A stretch of 64,000 nt of DNA from Octopus bimaculoides (Eukaryota). A program made the translations under genes and the position numbers. The stretch lies in the NCBI RefSeq assembly GCF_001194135.2, contig NC_068988.1, forward strand, positions 4,398,112 through 4,462,111, read 5' to 3'. This document shows, in pieces, positions 48,456-63,764 of this stretch. Positions within the stretch are counted from its first letter, which is position 1, and every line of letters begins with the position of its first letter. The notes below the pieces were generated by a model. It was not told the origin of the DNA, did not search any database, and worked only from the letters and a program-made list of their open reading frames with translations.

Positions 48456-49881
48456 TTTATATTTGTCACTGAGGGTTATACACAGAGAGACAATACAGGA
48501 CAGACCGGGTGGAATGATGACATTAATGGCTTTCTCGAAAATGTTCACCCAATGCATTGTGTGTAATCAGCCCCCCCCCCAAAAAAAAAAACTCTCTCCA
48601 GTTCTGCTTCTTCAGATTCAAATATTAAGTATTTTAAGTATAAAATCTTCCTTTGGATAAGATGCTGATGTAATCGGAATACTCCTGAACAAGTAGTATT
48701 AATCTCCAACATCCTGGTGAACGGAAGAATATAGAAACAAGTGAATAATCAAATACTCCTGAATTGAGGATCTGATTCTAAGGCTTAGAGTAATGAGCTT
48801 AGATGCACTAAATCCTTTCAGTTGTTCGTTTCTCTACACAAATTATTATATTCTCGATTCCTCTCGAGCAAAAAACAATAAATATAAACGGTTGAACCTC
48901 TCATCTTAAAGTATCTCGTTCAGTGTTCTTTATCACAAATATTCTGTTTCCGACGGATAAGAAAAAAGAAATGTGGATTTAATCTCAGTTTACAGCTAAT
49001 ATTTTCTTGTAACTGAATTACGGTGAGAGTAAGTTTTTGATTTAAGTTGTAAACTTTGGCCTATTGCTGGCACATTATTACTATGCGACTGGAACTTTAG
49101 TGTGAATTCTTCACCTCCAGACCGTATTTAATATTATGTAACTTTATTTCCGTTCGTTATATTTTTTCTCTCAGCTGCTGAATGTTAATTTATTGGAAAT
49201 CTACACAAGTTTAACCAAGAAAGTATATTATTCACCATTGAAAGGCTGATTCTTTCACTTACTAGTTATAAATTTCATTTCAGCCGAACATTGGTCAGGA
49301 TTAAAACACAGAGGTGTAAAATATTGGTTGTAAATTATTATTTCCAAACCTCTGGTGGAAATTCTGTTCATTAAGTTGATCAAAACTGATTTGCTTTTTT
49401 TCTAAAAAAAAAAGGTTGTTGTCATTATTTTAAAGCCTTTTCTTTGAATAGCTCAGAAAAATCTTTCATTGTTCCTGGTGAGTTCTAACAACACTGAATG
49501 ACGGATTTCGTAGTCCCTATAGTAACAAAGGAACGATGTCAAGCAAAAATAAAGTGAAAAATAAGTTTGTCTTTATAAACTGTAATAAAAAGGTCGGCTG
49601 TAGTTTTAGTTGTTTGATTCATGATTTTTGCTTGAGATTCTACTTATGTTCTACGAGGTAAAAATAGAGAAGTATAGTAACATTTTTCAACGGTCTGAAA
49701 TTAGGTTTATAAAAAAGTTAAGTGCAATCACGTAGAGTTCAATTTTCAATTTTGTTCATGGCATACATAACACCCCTACGGTTTTCATGTCAGCTCGCTC
49801 ACTCTTTTCCTTGCAATCTCTATTTCTCAATCTGTCTGTCTGTCTCTCTCTCCCACTCTCTCTATATACATATATATGTAC

Positions 49882-49937
<56 letters not shown>

Positions 49938-50471
49938 CTGGTGATGTTTGTTAAATGGAACGCGTTAAATGCAAGTTTACCTCAAAAGTAACAAACGAAA
50001 ACAACTCTAAATTTTATCTTAACCATAATTAAATTATAATCATTCAATACTAATGATCAACTTCTAATTATTACATGTTGCTCCATTTCTTCTCTTACCT
50101 TATCTATCTATGTATCTATCTAACTATATATACTCTCATGTATATATATACTCACATATTACTTTCTAATATGTCAAATGATTTATTTAAGACCTGGTCC
50201 CTGACAAAATATCACCAAACAAGGACATAATGTCAGTGATCAAGCGGTATATGCGAGACGAAAACTTTTGAGATCTTCATAACAGACAACATTATTAAGT
50301 ACAGGCATTTCTTGCTTTACGGCTACCGCAGGTTAAGAGATTTAGCGCTTAGGGGAATTGTAATAACCATTAATTTTGGGATACGGTTTGTAATTTCGCT
50401 GTTGCAGAAACTCAGATGGCGTCGATTTAAATTGTTAATAACTTGAAAAACCATCATTATGTTACATACAT

Positions 50472-50510
<39 letters not shown>

Positions 50511-51475
50511 NNNNNNNNNNNNNNNNNNNNNNNNNNNNNNNNNNNNNNNNNNNNNNNNNNNNNNNNNNNNNNNNNNNNNNNNNNNNNNNNNNNNNNNNNN
50601 NNNNNNNNNNNNNNNNNNNNNNNNNNNNNNNNNNNNNNNNNNNNNNNNNNNNNNNNNNNNNNNNNNNNNNNNNNNNNNNNNNNNNNNNNNNNNNNNNNNN
50701 NNNNNNNNNNNNNNNNNNNNNNNNNNNNNNNNNNNNNNNNNNNNNNNNNNNNNNNNNNNNNNNNNNNNNNNNNNNNNNNNNNNNNNNNNNNNNNNNNNNN
50801 NNNNNNNNNNNNNNNNNNNNNNNNNNNNNNNNNNNNNNNNNNNNNNNNNNNNNNNNNNNNNNNNNNNNNNNNNNNNNNNNNNNNNNNNNNNNNNNNNNNN
50901 NNNNNNNNNNNNNNNNNNNNNNNNNNNNNNNNNNNNNNNNNNNNNNNNNNNNNNNNNNNNNNNNNNNNNNNNNNNNNNNNNNNNNNNNNNNNNNNNNNNN
51001 NNNNNNNNNNNNNNNNNNNNNNNNNNNNNNNNNNNNNNNNNNNNNNNNNNNNNNNNNNNNNNNNNNNNNNNNNNNNNNNNNNNNNNNNNNNNNNNNNNNN
51101 NNNNNNNNNNNNNNNNNNNNNNNNNNNNNNNNNNNNNNNNNNNNNNNNNNNNNNNNNNNNNNNNNNNNNNNNNNNNNNNNNNNNNNNNNNNNNNNNNNNN
51201 NNNNNNNNNNNNNNNNNNNNNNNNNNNNNNNNNNNNNNNNNNNNNNNNNNNNNNNNNNNNNNNNNNNNNNNNNNNNNNNNNNNNNNNNNNNNNNNNNNNN
51301 NNNNNNNNNNNNNNNNNNNNNNNNNNNNNNNNNNNNNNNNNNNNNNNNNNNNNNNNNNNNNNNNNNNNNNNNNNNNNNNNNNNNNNNNNNNNNNNNNNNN
51401 NNNNNNNNNNNNNNNNNNNNNNNNNNNNNNNNNNNNNNNNNNNNNNNNNNNNNNNNNNNNNNNNNNNNNNNNNNN

Positions 51476-51531
<56 letters not shown>

Positions 51532-51583
51532 TGTGTGTGTGTGTGTGTATGTGTGTGTGTGTGTATATATATATATATACATG

Positions 51584-51616
<33 letters not shown>

Positions 51617-52051
51617 GTACATATATATATCAATATATAGATATGCACACGCATATATACACACGCACACGGACGTATGTGCGTATGTATATATGCGTGC
51701 ATGAATGTATGTGTGTGTGTGTATGTGCGTAACCCTGCGTGCGTGTGCATGTATATACGTAAACAACCTCAAGATGTATATTTCAGACCATATAGATCTG
51801 AAAAATCTGCTTCAGACATTACACGGATTTAGCAGAGAAATTAATATGGAATATGGATTATATGATGCACCAAGGTAACTTTGAAGAAAATAATATTAAT
51901 ATTATGTTTGGTAAAGAAACAAAGATATGAGAGTTACATCAAGCAGAAACTTTCAAATAATTAGGAATCAATGACCCGGACAGCACAACACATACAAATA
52001 AAAGAAAAAGAAGAGAGTATTATAAGCGTATTAGATTGATACGTACATCTA

Positions 52052-52088
<37 letters not shown>

Positions 52089-52120
52089 GTAATAATAGTA
52101 ATAATAATAATTATAATAAT

Positions 52121-52331
52121 CCATTCTACAATAGGCACAAGGTCTGAAATTTGGTGCGGGGGAGGGAATAGTAGATTACATTGACCCCAGGGCTCAAATG
52201 GTACTCATTTCATCGACCCCGAAAGCATGAAGGCAAAGCCATCTTCGGCGGAAGTTGAACTTATAACGTAAAGACTGACGAAATGCCGCTAAGTATTTTG
52301 TCAGGCGCGATAACGATTCTGCCAACTAGCC
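52121..52331 (-). mobile_element. SINE of the 59709 family, full length, between TAA tracts
   Basis: Reverse complement reads ggctagttggcagaatcgttatcgcgcctgacaaaatacttagcggcatttcgtc...ctttcggggtcgatgaaatgagtacc. Confidence 0.9.
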
Positions 52332-52333
52332 AG

Positions 52334-52387
<54 letters not shown>

Positions 52388-52394
52388 AATAATG

Positions 52395-52440
<46 letters not shown>

Positions 52441-52888
52441 GTATGGATCTGAGGTTATGGGTGCTTGGTACCAACATACACTGGAAAAAGTAATTGACGA
52501 AATGGGAAAGGCAAAAATCCTCTGGGATTTTGATTTCCACACAGACAAAGTATTAGAGCACCGAATGCTGGATATAGTAACCTTTAGGAGGGACAAATAA
52601 GAGTGCCTAATAATTGACGTGGTAGTGCCAGAAGACCAACATATCATTATGAAAGAAAGAGAAAAGGTTGATAAATATGGAAACATGAGAATTGAGATTG
52701 CAAAGATTTGGTAGCTACGAGAGTCAAACATAAAGGTTGTCCCTATTGTCATCGGAGCATTGGGTTCAATACCATCCAATCTGAAAAAAACCCTGAAAAC
52801 TTTACAAATAGCCTACAATCTAGGTGTATTGCAAAAGTTGGTATTACTTGGAATTGGATGAATATTGCGTAAAGTACTGAGTGTCTGA
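52441..52888 (+). mobile_element. R4/Dong RLE domain fragment starting in (TAA)n, lacking 3' UTR
   Basis: WYQHTLEKV..KILWDFDFHTDKVLEHRMLDIV..CLIIDVVVPED..KYGNMRIEIAKIW..VVPIVIGALG..LQKLVLLG..ILRKVLSV*. Confidence 0.92.
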
Positions 52889-52890
52889 GG

Positions 52891-53462
52891 AAATGGAGGA
52901 AGGAGACTGATAAATGTGGAAGACTGTGTGTATATCGAACTCGAGAGTTTACTGAGATTCCTAGCCCCAAATAAGGAAACCTTGCTTGTGACGGTTAGGA
53001 ACGAAGGAGTATTGAGAACAAAGAATAAAAGGGAACACAAACGAAGAAGTAGAAAAAGACTTGAAAAAGTATTACGCACGAAGGGACTATATAATCAATT
53101 CCATGTGACCACAAGAGAAGTTGCTGGAAAAAATTGGTAGGATTGGCTGATGAAAGGAACCCTAAAAAAAAAGAGACCGAGAGTACTATACTGGCAGCGC
53201 AGGACCAATCTCTGGCCACGAAATGGAAGGTCAACCTTAGGAATGAGCAAGTGTCTCCGCTGTGCCGCATCTGCAATAGAGTGCACGAAACCATTGCCCA
53301 AAAAACGAACGAATGCCTTAGACTTGCCCAAAACCACTACAAGGTGTGGTGACACGACCAAGTAGCAAAAGTACTACATTGGAAACTGTTCGAAAAGTGG
53401 GAGCTATAGAGAGTTAAGACGTGGTATGAGCACAAACCACGGAGAGTGACAGAGTCAGAGAG
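52891..53462 (+). mobile_element. R4/Dong post-RT and zinc-knuckle fragment, 3'-truncated
   Basis: GGRRLINVEDCV..WLMKGTLKKETESTILAAQDQSL..CRICNRVHETI..ECLRLAQNHYK..HDQVAKVLHWKL..WYEHKP. Confidence 0.9.
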
Positions 53463-53469
53463 CGGTCAG

Positions 53470-54640
<1,171 letters not shown>

Positions 54641-54910
54641 TTTATTGTTTTATTGAAATCACTCACTGCCTCTTGTCTGTTATTTTCTTTTGTATTTTGT
54701 ATTTGTATGGACATTTTATCGCCAACCAAATAGATCCTTATCATTACAGAAATTTAAACGATATATTTTCTTTCCATTTATGAAAAAAATATTTAAAAAA
54801 TTCAGCATTTCCATGACTTGGTACGGGCAGCAGACACAACTTCAGTAATAACTGCTACAGTTGTTTGTTACTTACTATCATTGGAGTGGGCTTGTAGCAA
54901 TTGAAAAAAT

Positions 54911-54936
54911 CATCATCATCGTCGTCGTCGTCATCG

Positions 54937-54972
<36 letters not shown>

Positions 54973-55137
54973 ACATCATCATCATCATCATCATCATCAA
55001 CATCATCATCATCATCAACATCATTATCTTTATTGCTGTTATTATTATTATGTTATTATTAACATTATTATCATTTTAATATGATTATTATTGATATTGT
55101 TCTTGTTACAGTCATTATTATTGTTGCTGCTGTTGAT

Positions 55138-55180
<43 letters not shown>
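54911..55180. repeat. (CAT/CGT/ATT)n compound microsatellite
   Basis: Visible. Confidence 0.95.
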
Positions 55181-55183
<3 letters not shown>

Positions 55184-58100
55184 CAACTTACACGATGGCA
55201 ATTTTTTTTTATTCCGGTTTCCAGCTTTTGTTTGCTTTCCATTTATTTATTTAGTTATGTATTATCTTTTGCTTTTATTCCTATTTTCTTTTTACGTTTT
55301 AAGTTATTTTTTCAATTCGTTTTTTTTTATACAAATTTTTTTTCCTGCCTATATTCTTCTGTTGTCGTTTAACAATAGTTAAAACTCAATTTAGACATCT
55401 AATCATATCTTTGTAAGACACTCCCTGGTGCTAACAATACTATAACAATCGAGTCGCACCAAGAAAAAGAGCTTTTGTTACTTTATTCTTCTATTTTTCA
55501 GAAAACTGATATTTTCTATATAAATATCGATCTAAGTGCTAATGAGAATGGAGAGAGTCGGTGAGAGAAATGGAGAGCCGGAGAGAGAATAGAGGGGGGG
55601 GGCGTAAGATGGAGGAGAACCTATAAGTCTCGGTGAAATGTTGTATTGCTATTTATGATGCAGTGAAGGTTAAATGAAGAAAGGGACAAATCAGGTTATG
55701 TCGTTGGAATATAGAAGTGTTGTGGGGTGGGGGAAGAATGGACAAATAAACAAAAATAAAAATGAAAGCCTAGAAAATCTCTCAGTAAACAATACATTTA
55801 ATAATGTAGGAGAAGCGAAACAAATAATGAAAATAAGTTAATGAAAACAGCAGGTGGTAAGTTGTTACTTAATAAGATATGTATATTTTTATTTATTTAT
55901 ATTTTTTTGTTACTTTACATTAAAGCAATACATTCATTTATTTATTTCTTGTTTTTCAATCAATGCACATCAAGGTATTTCGTATTTGGACGTACTGGTG
56001 GGGTGGACGAAGGCCAAACCGATTGATGAGAACGTGTAGAGAGAGAGGAGAGATAGAGAAGAGAGCATAGGGGGAATAGACTGACTTCCCTTTTAGTGAG
56101 GAGAGAGAGAAAGAGAGACACAGAGAGAGAGAAAGGGAAAGAGAGAGAGAAGGGGAAAGAGAGAGAGAGAGGCGAAATTAAATATCAAATACTTTGCAGA
56201 AATCAGTCAAACTTAATCACCGGTTTCATGGATTCCCGCGGCAGATGTAAAAGGAGAAATATTAAGTTATGAGAGTTAGGAGGCTTTGAGAGCAAAGGTG
56301 CGATATTATACGTGTCTCAGCTTTCTTAGCTAGCTGCCAGGAATAGTGCTACGATTACGATAGATTAGCATTTTTATCCAAGGAATGAGGAATTCAAGTA
56401 CCGGATCTATGAATACATGTAAAGGCTTTTAGAGGAAACACTTTAACTTCGGGGTGGTGCCTGCTTCTAATAAAATCCAAGAAGTTTTAACGAAATCATT
56501 GAAGCTGTTAAGTAATTGAGAAACAACTAACTGACCGGAGGCGATCCAATTATACAGGCTTGGTCTGAACATTAATGCAACACTAATTACACAACTAATT
56601 ACACTTGTTTTTAATGATCAACCGTACCGCATGACATAATTACTGCCAGGTAGAGTTTGTACACTTAGGTTCTATAATATATATTTATTTATTCTCTAAC
56701 AGAGGACCACGATAATGTATGTACACTCTATCCTCACAGCAAACTGATATTTCCTTTATCCTTACCGGAAAGGATCCCCACTAACTTTAATATTCCTTAA
56801 TATACTGACTATATTAATAAGAGCTTAATATATTTACCAGAGACACAGTTAAGTGATGATTGCAGGATATGTAAGCCGTCAGCGTTTCGATGGAAGGTAA
56901 TTTTATGTATTATTTCCTTCGTCAGCTTAAATTTTATAATCGATCAAAAAGACAAGTGTGATTGAAAAAATGGAAATAAACCGGAACTGATAAACTCTTT
57001 TAATCCTTACTTGAAGATATTTCGTTTCTTTTACGGCGTTAATGCTTTCAGGAAACTAATGAGTTCTGTTCGTTCTAGGTTTCCATTTAAATCTTAATAT
57101 GGGAATAAATCTCTTTATCTATCAAAAATGTATATTTCGATGTAGTGTCCGTTCATACTGGTTATAGAATGCATCAGGGGTTTGTCAACTGCTTTCGGCC
57201 AGTTTGTCGAAGTTACAATATCACGAAAACTTGACAACCATAGAGACCTCAATTTATAATTAATAAATAATTGTAATTAGCAATAAAACATCGATGTTAA
57301 TGAGAAATAATCAAAAGCATTCATAAGAATAAGTTGTAAATATTCATTACAATAAGTTGTAAATATTTCGTGAAGGATCCATACATACACCTCATGGGAA
57401 ACATAACTATTCTTACATATCTGATCGATGGCAGGGGTTAGTGAAGGGTGGATTTTTAAAGAAATTATGTTTTACTACAACTAATTAAAATTCCCTGTTA
57501 CAAGTATTCAACTTCGATTTCTTCTCCTCAGCTTTTAGTTTTGTATTTTTATCATTTTGAGTTTAGATAATATTTTGTCCCAATTCAAACATGTATTCAG
57601 CTCTTCTTTAAGAAAGTTTTGTACTAGAACTAATCAAAAGTAAATACATTCGGTATGAGGCTAGTGAAATGACTTCTGACTAAAGGAAGTATAGTTTTTA
57701 GCTTGATCTTTTGAAGTTCTAAACTGGACAGCCATTTATCTTGTTCGAGGCACTAAAAAATATTCTCCCCTAATGTAATGGCAGTTGTTCCAGTCGTGTC
57801 GTTTAGAGGGAGGGGTCGACCTTGTGTTTATGCGTGGCATCGATAAATACAAAAGTAACGAAAACATTAGATCTTATAAACTAACGAAGACATAAGTAAA
57901 CTCTTTGACATTTGCTAATGTTAAAGAGTTGACTCTCTTTGAAAATCGAGACCACGAAAGCACTTTCATTTAAGGTAGGGAGCATTTTGCTTCACAATCG
58001 CCAATGTATTTACAGTTAATCTTTTATAATAATTTAGACTAAGATTCGCAGAAAAATGCCAGCACTTGGCCGTTCCTCAAACATTATAGATCCTATGTCC

Positions 58101-58733
58101 ATAGTCAAAAGCAAACTAATATTTTTAAGTAAGAAGATTGTAGAAATGTGGTTGTGAAACTGCATTTACACTTTTCAAACCAGAATCGTTCAATTTTTAT
58201 GTTTAATATCTTTTTTTTTTTTTGTTCAGTTAAAAGCTCAATTGCATTATATAGAAATGTGATTCAGTAGCATATTTCATGAATAAATAAAGCAGAAAGA
58301 CAAATGGAAGAGAACAAATCATTTGGGGGGAAATGCTGTTACAGGGTAAAATTGTAAATAATTGAGAAATAGAAGCAAAGTCCAGATAGCTTGAAATAAC
58401 TTGCATGAAGCAGTGAGGAGATGTATTTTCGTGCTTTGGAACTAATTGTTTCAATCACGCAATGGATTCTTTATCCGAGACATTACATACAAATTATATA
58501 CACAAGAATACATACATACATACATACATATACATGCATGTAATGATTGTATAAGCACAACTAAAACGAAAAGACACCTGAAAATAAAATCAAGCTATAT
58601 ACTGAAATGAATACATATCTTCTATATCAGTATATCTCTCCTTCCTCCCTTATACCTTTCATCTTCCTCTCACTTCCTCTCTTTGATATATATATATGTG
58701 TGTGTGTGTGTGTGTTTGAGACTCTGTGTGTGC

Positions 58734-58764
<31 letters not shown>

Positions 58765-58769
58765 TTATG

Positions 58770-58817
<48 letters not shown>

Positions 58818-59140
58818 AGCACATACAAATACACATACATATATTATAAAGGAAAACGAGTTAATAATAGGAAAATATAGATAGACGGTGGCGTAATGTA
58901 TTCTGCAGGAATTGCGACGAAAAGCGTTTGTGCAGCTTAGTTATATAATAACTAACAGACAAAAATTCTAGAGGAATTTTTTAAAATCTAAACAGTGTAA
59001 ATCTGTAATATGTATTTAGTGTGGAAATGAATTCACGTATTCAAAATACAGTTAATGAAACTTAAGATTCAGAGGCTGAGTATGAATTTACTTTCAGAGA
59101 ACAAAATGTATGTCATACGAAAAAGTATTCAAATCTTACA

Positions 59141-59432
59141 ACATTGAAGAAGGTGATTGTTTGTGAATTATTGCCAATGAATAGAGAGAAATAAAAGAAA
59201 TTGAAGATGTGATTACAGTTAAAACTGTTTGTTATTGTCAACAATTTTTGAATTTTTCGAAGGGAAAAGAAATATGTTATATGCTACATAAGTGTTTAGA
59301 AATTCTGTTTTAAGATTGAAGTAGGTATATGAGTGAATCATTGAAATTTTCTCCACAGAAACAAATGAAATTGAAGATGTAATTATAGTTAAGATCGTTT
59401 GTTATTGTTTGTAAGATGATTTTAAGTTTTCC
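59141..59432. repeat. Degenerate ~170-bp tandem duplication (about 1.7 units)
   Basis: gaaattgaagatgtgattacagttaaaactgtttgttattgt (~59196) versus gaaattgaagatgtaattatagttaagatcgtttgttattgt (~59367). Confidence 0.75.
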
Positions 59433-59708
59433 AAAAATTGTTTAGGGAACAATTTATCGAGATTAATGAATATGTATGATTAAAGGTAAGAAGATGTAAA
59501 AAGTTAAAACATGCCAATAAACATAATCGATAAAGAATACAAAATAGAATCAGTTAAGCATTTTAATGATAGACTTCTTAGAGTTGAGCGAGATAAACCG
59601 ACAGCAGCTACTTCCAGGTAAAATTAAATAAAGTGAAAAGAAAAGAGGATAGAATAGTCTTAAAATGAGATTTATACGGATTTTAAATTATTATTATATT
59701 GTAGGGAA

Positions 59709-59922
59709 GGCGGTGAGCTGGCAGAGTGGTTAGCAGGGCGAAATGCTTAGCGGTATTTCGTCTGTCTTTACGTTCTGAGTTCAAATTCTGCTGAGGTCGA
59801 CTTTGCCTTTCATCCTTTCGGGGTCGATAAATTAAGTACCAGTTGCGTACTGGGGTAGATCTAATCAACAGGCCTCCTCCCCAAAAATTTCGGGCCTTGT
59901 GCCTTGAGTAGAAAAGAATATA
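59709..59922 (+). mobile_element. Best-preserved copy of the dominant tRNA-derived SINE (central domain resembles the Deu/Nin type)
   Basis: ggcggtgagctggcagagtggttagc...gagttcaaattctgctgaggtcgactttgcctttcatcctttcggggtcgataaattaagtaccagttg...ggccttgtgcc. At least 8 related copies occur in the window. Confidence 0.9.
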
Positions 59923-62900
59923 TTGTAGGAATTATAAAATGAAGTTTATGCTTGTGAGTGAGGAATTAATATGCGATCAATAGTATAAATTAGTGAAAAT
60001 ATATTGAGGTATCGCAACATGTACAGGACTATCTGTAAACTGAAGGTGCGAAGCTATTTCAAAGAGGAACTTGTACATCTAACATTTGCAGATTAAAGAA
60101 GTTGTATAAATAATTTGGAAAGTTTTAGAGTTTATTTTGTTTTTAGGAAGAAATAATGTGGTTTACGATAAATCAAATTAAACAACTTATAAAGCAAGTA
60201 TGATAAAGGGTTTTAAAATAATAATACGGAATGGTAATGACATTATTAATTAATTGCAAATTAATTAATCGAATTATATTGTGTTAATAAATTAATAAAA
60301 TTTGTACAAAGTATTAACAACTTCCGCAGGTCAGATGACGTAGGCAACTTGTGTCTAATCTATTTATTTTAATAAGTCTCTGTTGTCGGTAAGCGACTGT
60401 GCCACTTTTTTTGTATGTATATAACGAATATATGTACACACACACACACACACACACACACACTATCACTCTTCTAACTACGGTACTACTAAGGTGCTTG
60501 TAATCACCTAACAGCAGAATCGGTACATGTTATATTCCCTCTCCTTTCTGATCACATCCCTCCCTCCTCCTCCCCTCTACTCTGGAACAAACATCCATTT
60601 CTTATTATCATCCCTGCTCACACTATTTCTACCATTTATCTCTTGTCTCTGCCTTCAGCCACTACTCTCTCTCTCTCTCCTATCTGTTATACTCCATTCT
60701 TGATACCTTGCTCTCTTTCTCAATGCCCTCTATCATCACGTCCCGCTTACTATAGACTCTTATGAATCTCTACATCTCCTTCTCACTCGCTCCTACACCT
60801 TTCATGTCACTTGCCTACTTTCAGATCTATTCAACTGGAGCCTTCCTTATATCTTTCACTTTACCCCTCTCCATACCGTACTTCCACTCTTGTTCATCAC
60901 CCACGTCATTCACCTGTGCCCCCTATGTTACTCGCCCACCACTCTTATGAAAGTAACCACATTCTCTTCCCATCTCTTGACAAACTCTTCGTATCCTTTC
61001 TTCTGCTCACCTTCATGTACCTTGAGATTTTGCGCCGGCACTTCAATACTAACTTCCTTTATCATCTCAACTACTCCCAACCGCTATTATATATAGTGCA
61101 ACGTATCTGTGTATTTCCTCTATATCAAGACACTGCTATAACAAGACAGCTGTGCTTGTTCTGCTATCGTGTTTTAGCCTTTCAACACCTGGTATAAAGC
61201 CTCCCATCTCCAACTTCCCCTCTCAAATGCTCCCGAATTAGTAGTAGGAATATTTTTCTTGTTAGATTTTGCGTGTCCTTTTTCAATCTTGCAAGTTATT
61301 CAGCAACCTCACTAAGTACACAATACATTCTGTAAAGCGGCTGGCGTTAAGATGCTGTAGAAATTTGCCAATGCTGACATTGGAGCCTGTCGTGGCCTTG
61401 TCGCTCGCCGGAACCTGTCAAAAGATCCAACTCCCGGACAAATGCTGACATCACTTTAGCCTCACGTAGCTGGGATATGGTGAAGACGTCGACAGTAGGA
61501 TGTCGGATAATCGACAAAGTGGAGGAGTCTTAGATCAACGGCTTGAAGGTTATTGCGGCCAAGCGGAAGATCTGTACTATTAGAAAACGATTGGACCCCA
61601 ATTAGCAAATGACCACGCTCGACGATGCTCATTGCACTCTTGTACACTAATTGATATCTTGTGCGGAGAGCTGGAGAAACAGCCTCATGGTGGGGGGCGG
61701 GGGAATGACGCTAGGCGCCTTACTCAGCATTCAAGGTGTTTTGTTCTGAAATGGTTTCTGAATAGAAGTCAACGGCTACCTACGACGAACAACCGATGAG
61801 AATTACATGAGCATGTGTGTGCACGTGTGTGCGCGCGCGTGTTTGTGTGTGTGTGTACACGTAACATTTTATGAAGGTAGGAGCAAAAATAAATCCTTAG
61901 AAGTCGATGGCTTACATTTGGCACTTGCAGGTTCGTGCAGCACCGTCGGCCTAGCGCACTGTATTCGGGCGGACGCAGGCTGGGTGAAAACTGCGCGGAC
62001 AACGCGATCGGGTTTTGGACAGATACACCGGAAATGAGGTCACAAGTAAGGAGGCTCGCCTCACCTAGAAATCGGCCATGAGAAAGGTTGAGAAATTGGC
62101 CATGAGAATTCCTGAAAAGTTGAGCTTAAATGACCAGTACCTTCATTAATTTCGTAATTTTACCACCGTTCTCTTTTGCCTTGCCCCAGTTCTCATCTCA
62201 CCAGTTTGGATCGTGTGCTCTTCTTAATTTAATTGTTCAAGCTGTTCCTCTCACATTAAACTCTTTTCCCGGTCTACAAAGGTCATTTCAGAACCTCTTC
62301 CTTTCACCTACATCAGGAATCACCTCTTTATATTTGATACTTCCCATTAACTCCTGAAATATATATTTATAGTTCATTATAAATGAATGGCATTGTCTAA
62401 AATGATTAATTAGATGTTCATACAATTTAACAATCACTTTCCACTTAGCACTTGTTTTTCAATCAGATTTCCTTTAATTCTTCTTCAACAATTGTTAGAC
62501 CCTTTCTCTTTGTATTGTTTGTGATGTAATTCATGATTACTTCACAAGACTTCCCCATAAATATCATTTGATCTTTCTTTCCTAACATACATTAATGTCC
62601 CTTCTGAACAACTCTATATACACTAAAACATCTTTTCCACTATGGTTCGTTCTAATTAGTACTCTTTCTTGTACCGTATCTCATTTATTTCGTATATACT
62701 TACAGCTATTAAAAAAATTGTTTGTGTCTGTTACAGTGTGGGTGACAAAGTTATTGATGGACCTTTCAATCTGCACCTTTATTTGCAATTCCCGTTGTCT
62801 TCATGCCGCAGTTTGTATCAGTTTCTTTAGATTTTTGCATCATTCTACAAATAAGATATTAGTGAACGTAAGAATGCCTAACCACCAACCAGATTGTTGT

Positions 62901-62984
62901 CAAAACTAAAGAGCGACTCCTACACACGGCACATCGTTATACCTCGTCCAAGGCGAAAGTGGCAATTCAAGACTACGCGGATTG

Positions 62985-63290
62985 TTGTTGCTGTTGTTAG
63001 TGAGAGAGCAGTGCATACCACCAAAGTAACACTGGGGTAAATATACGAAGCCCAGTATACCCGAGATGGTCTATTGTTTTATCAAATGTGTCGCAGAATC
63101 TGCATTTAGGGTTACAACCGTTTTGAAGAAGTTAGCCTTGTAGTTTCTGGTAAGCAAGCTTTGATCTTGTGCCGCCAATATAAAAGCTTCAGTCACAGCT
63201 TCCTGTCCTGAACGTCTCATCCACTGATGGGTTGTTGCTTGGTCTACATCAGCATTTCGACTTCCAAGTATAAACTCCACCGCTTCTCAA
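62985..63290 (-). mobile_element. R4/Dong internal-deletion derivative: knuckle region fused to terminal ~65 nt of the 16536-17092 sequence
   Basis: DVDQATTHQWMRRSG..TEAFILAAQDQSLLTRNY, then frameshifted GCNPKCRFCDTFDKTIDHL, joined at ~63062 to gggtatactgggcttcg...gcactgctctctcact-(aac)n. Confidence 0.85.
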
Positions 63291-63430
63291 TTTGTTTCTG
63301 CCCGGTTTTTTTTCTATGCTTTTTTTTTCTGGGTTTTTTTTTGGGGGGGGGGGGTCTGCTTGATCCATTTTCCTTGTTTGGTGGCAGTGTTTTCAGGCTC
63401 TTCATCTTATTCAGGGTTAATTCCGAGGTT

Positions 63431-63552
<122 letters not shown>

Positions 63553-63555
63553 TTG

Positions 63556-63712
63556 CGGCATTTCGTCCGTTTTTACGTTCTGACTTCAAATTCCGCCGGG
63601 ATCGACCACGTCTTTCATCCTTTTAGATAGGTACCAGTCATATCACTGAAGTTGATATAATCGTATTATACCCTCCCCCAAAATTTCTGGCCTTGTGCGT
63701 ATAGTAGAAAAA
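63556..63712 (+). mobile_element. SINE of the 59709 family (5'-truncated)
   Basis: gcggcatttcgtccgtttttacgttctgacttcaaattccgcc...aaaatttctggccttgtgcg. Confidence 0.8.
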
Positions 63713-63764
63713 AATCATCATCATAATCATTATTATTATTATCATTATTATTATTATTATTTTA

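Noticed and set aside
57325-57366. Short direct duplications (aataagttgtaaatatt twice; also actaattacac twice at ~56582)
   Set aside because: These are ordinary slippage duplications in AT-rich DNA.
60480-61210. Pyrimidine-rich block that may be a decayed repeat
   Set aside because: I could not identify ends, an ORF or a ribozyme core.
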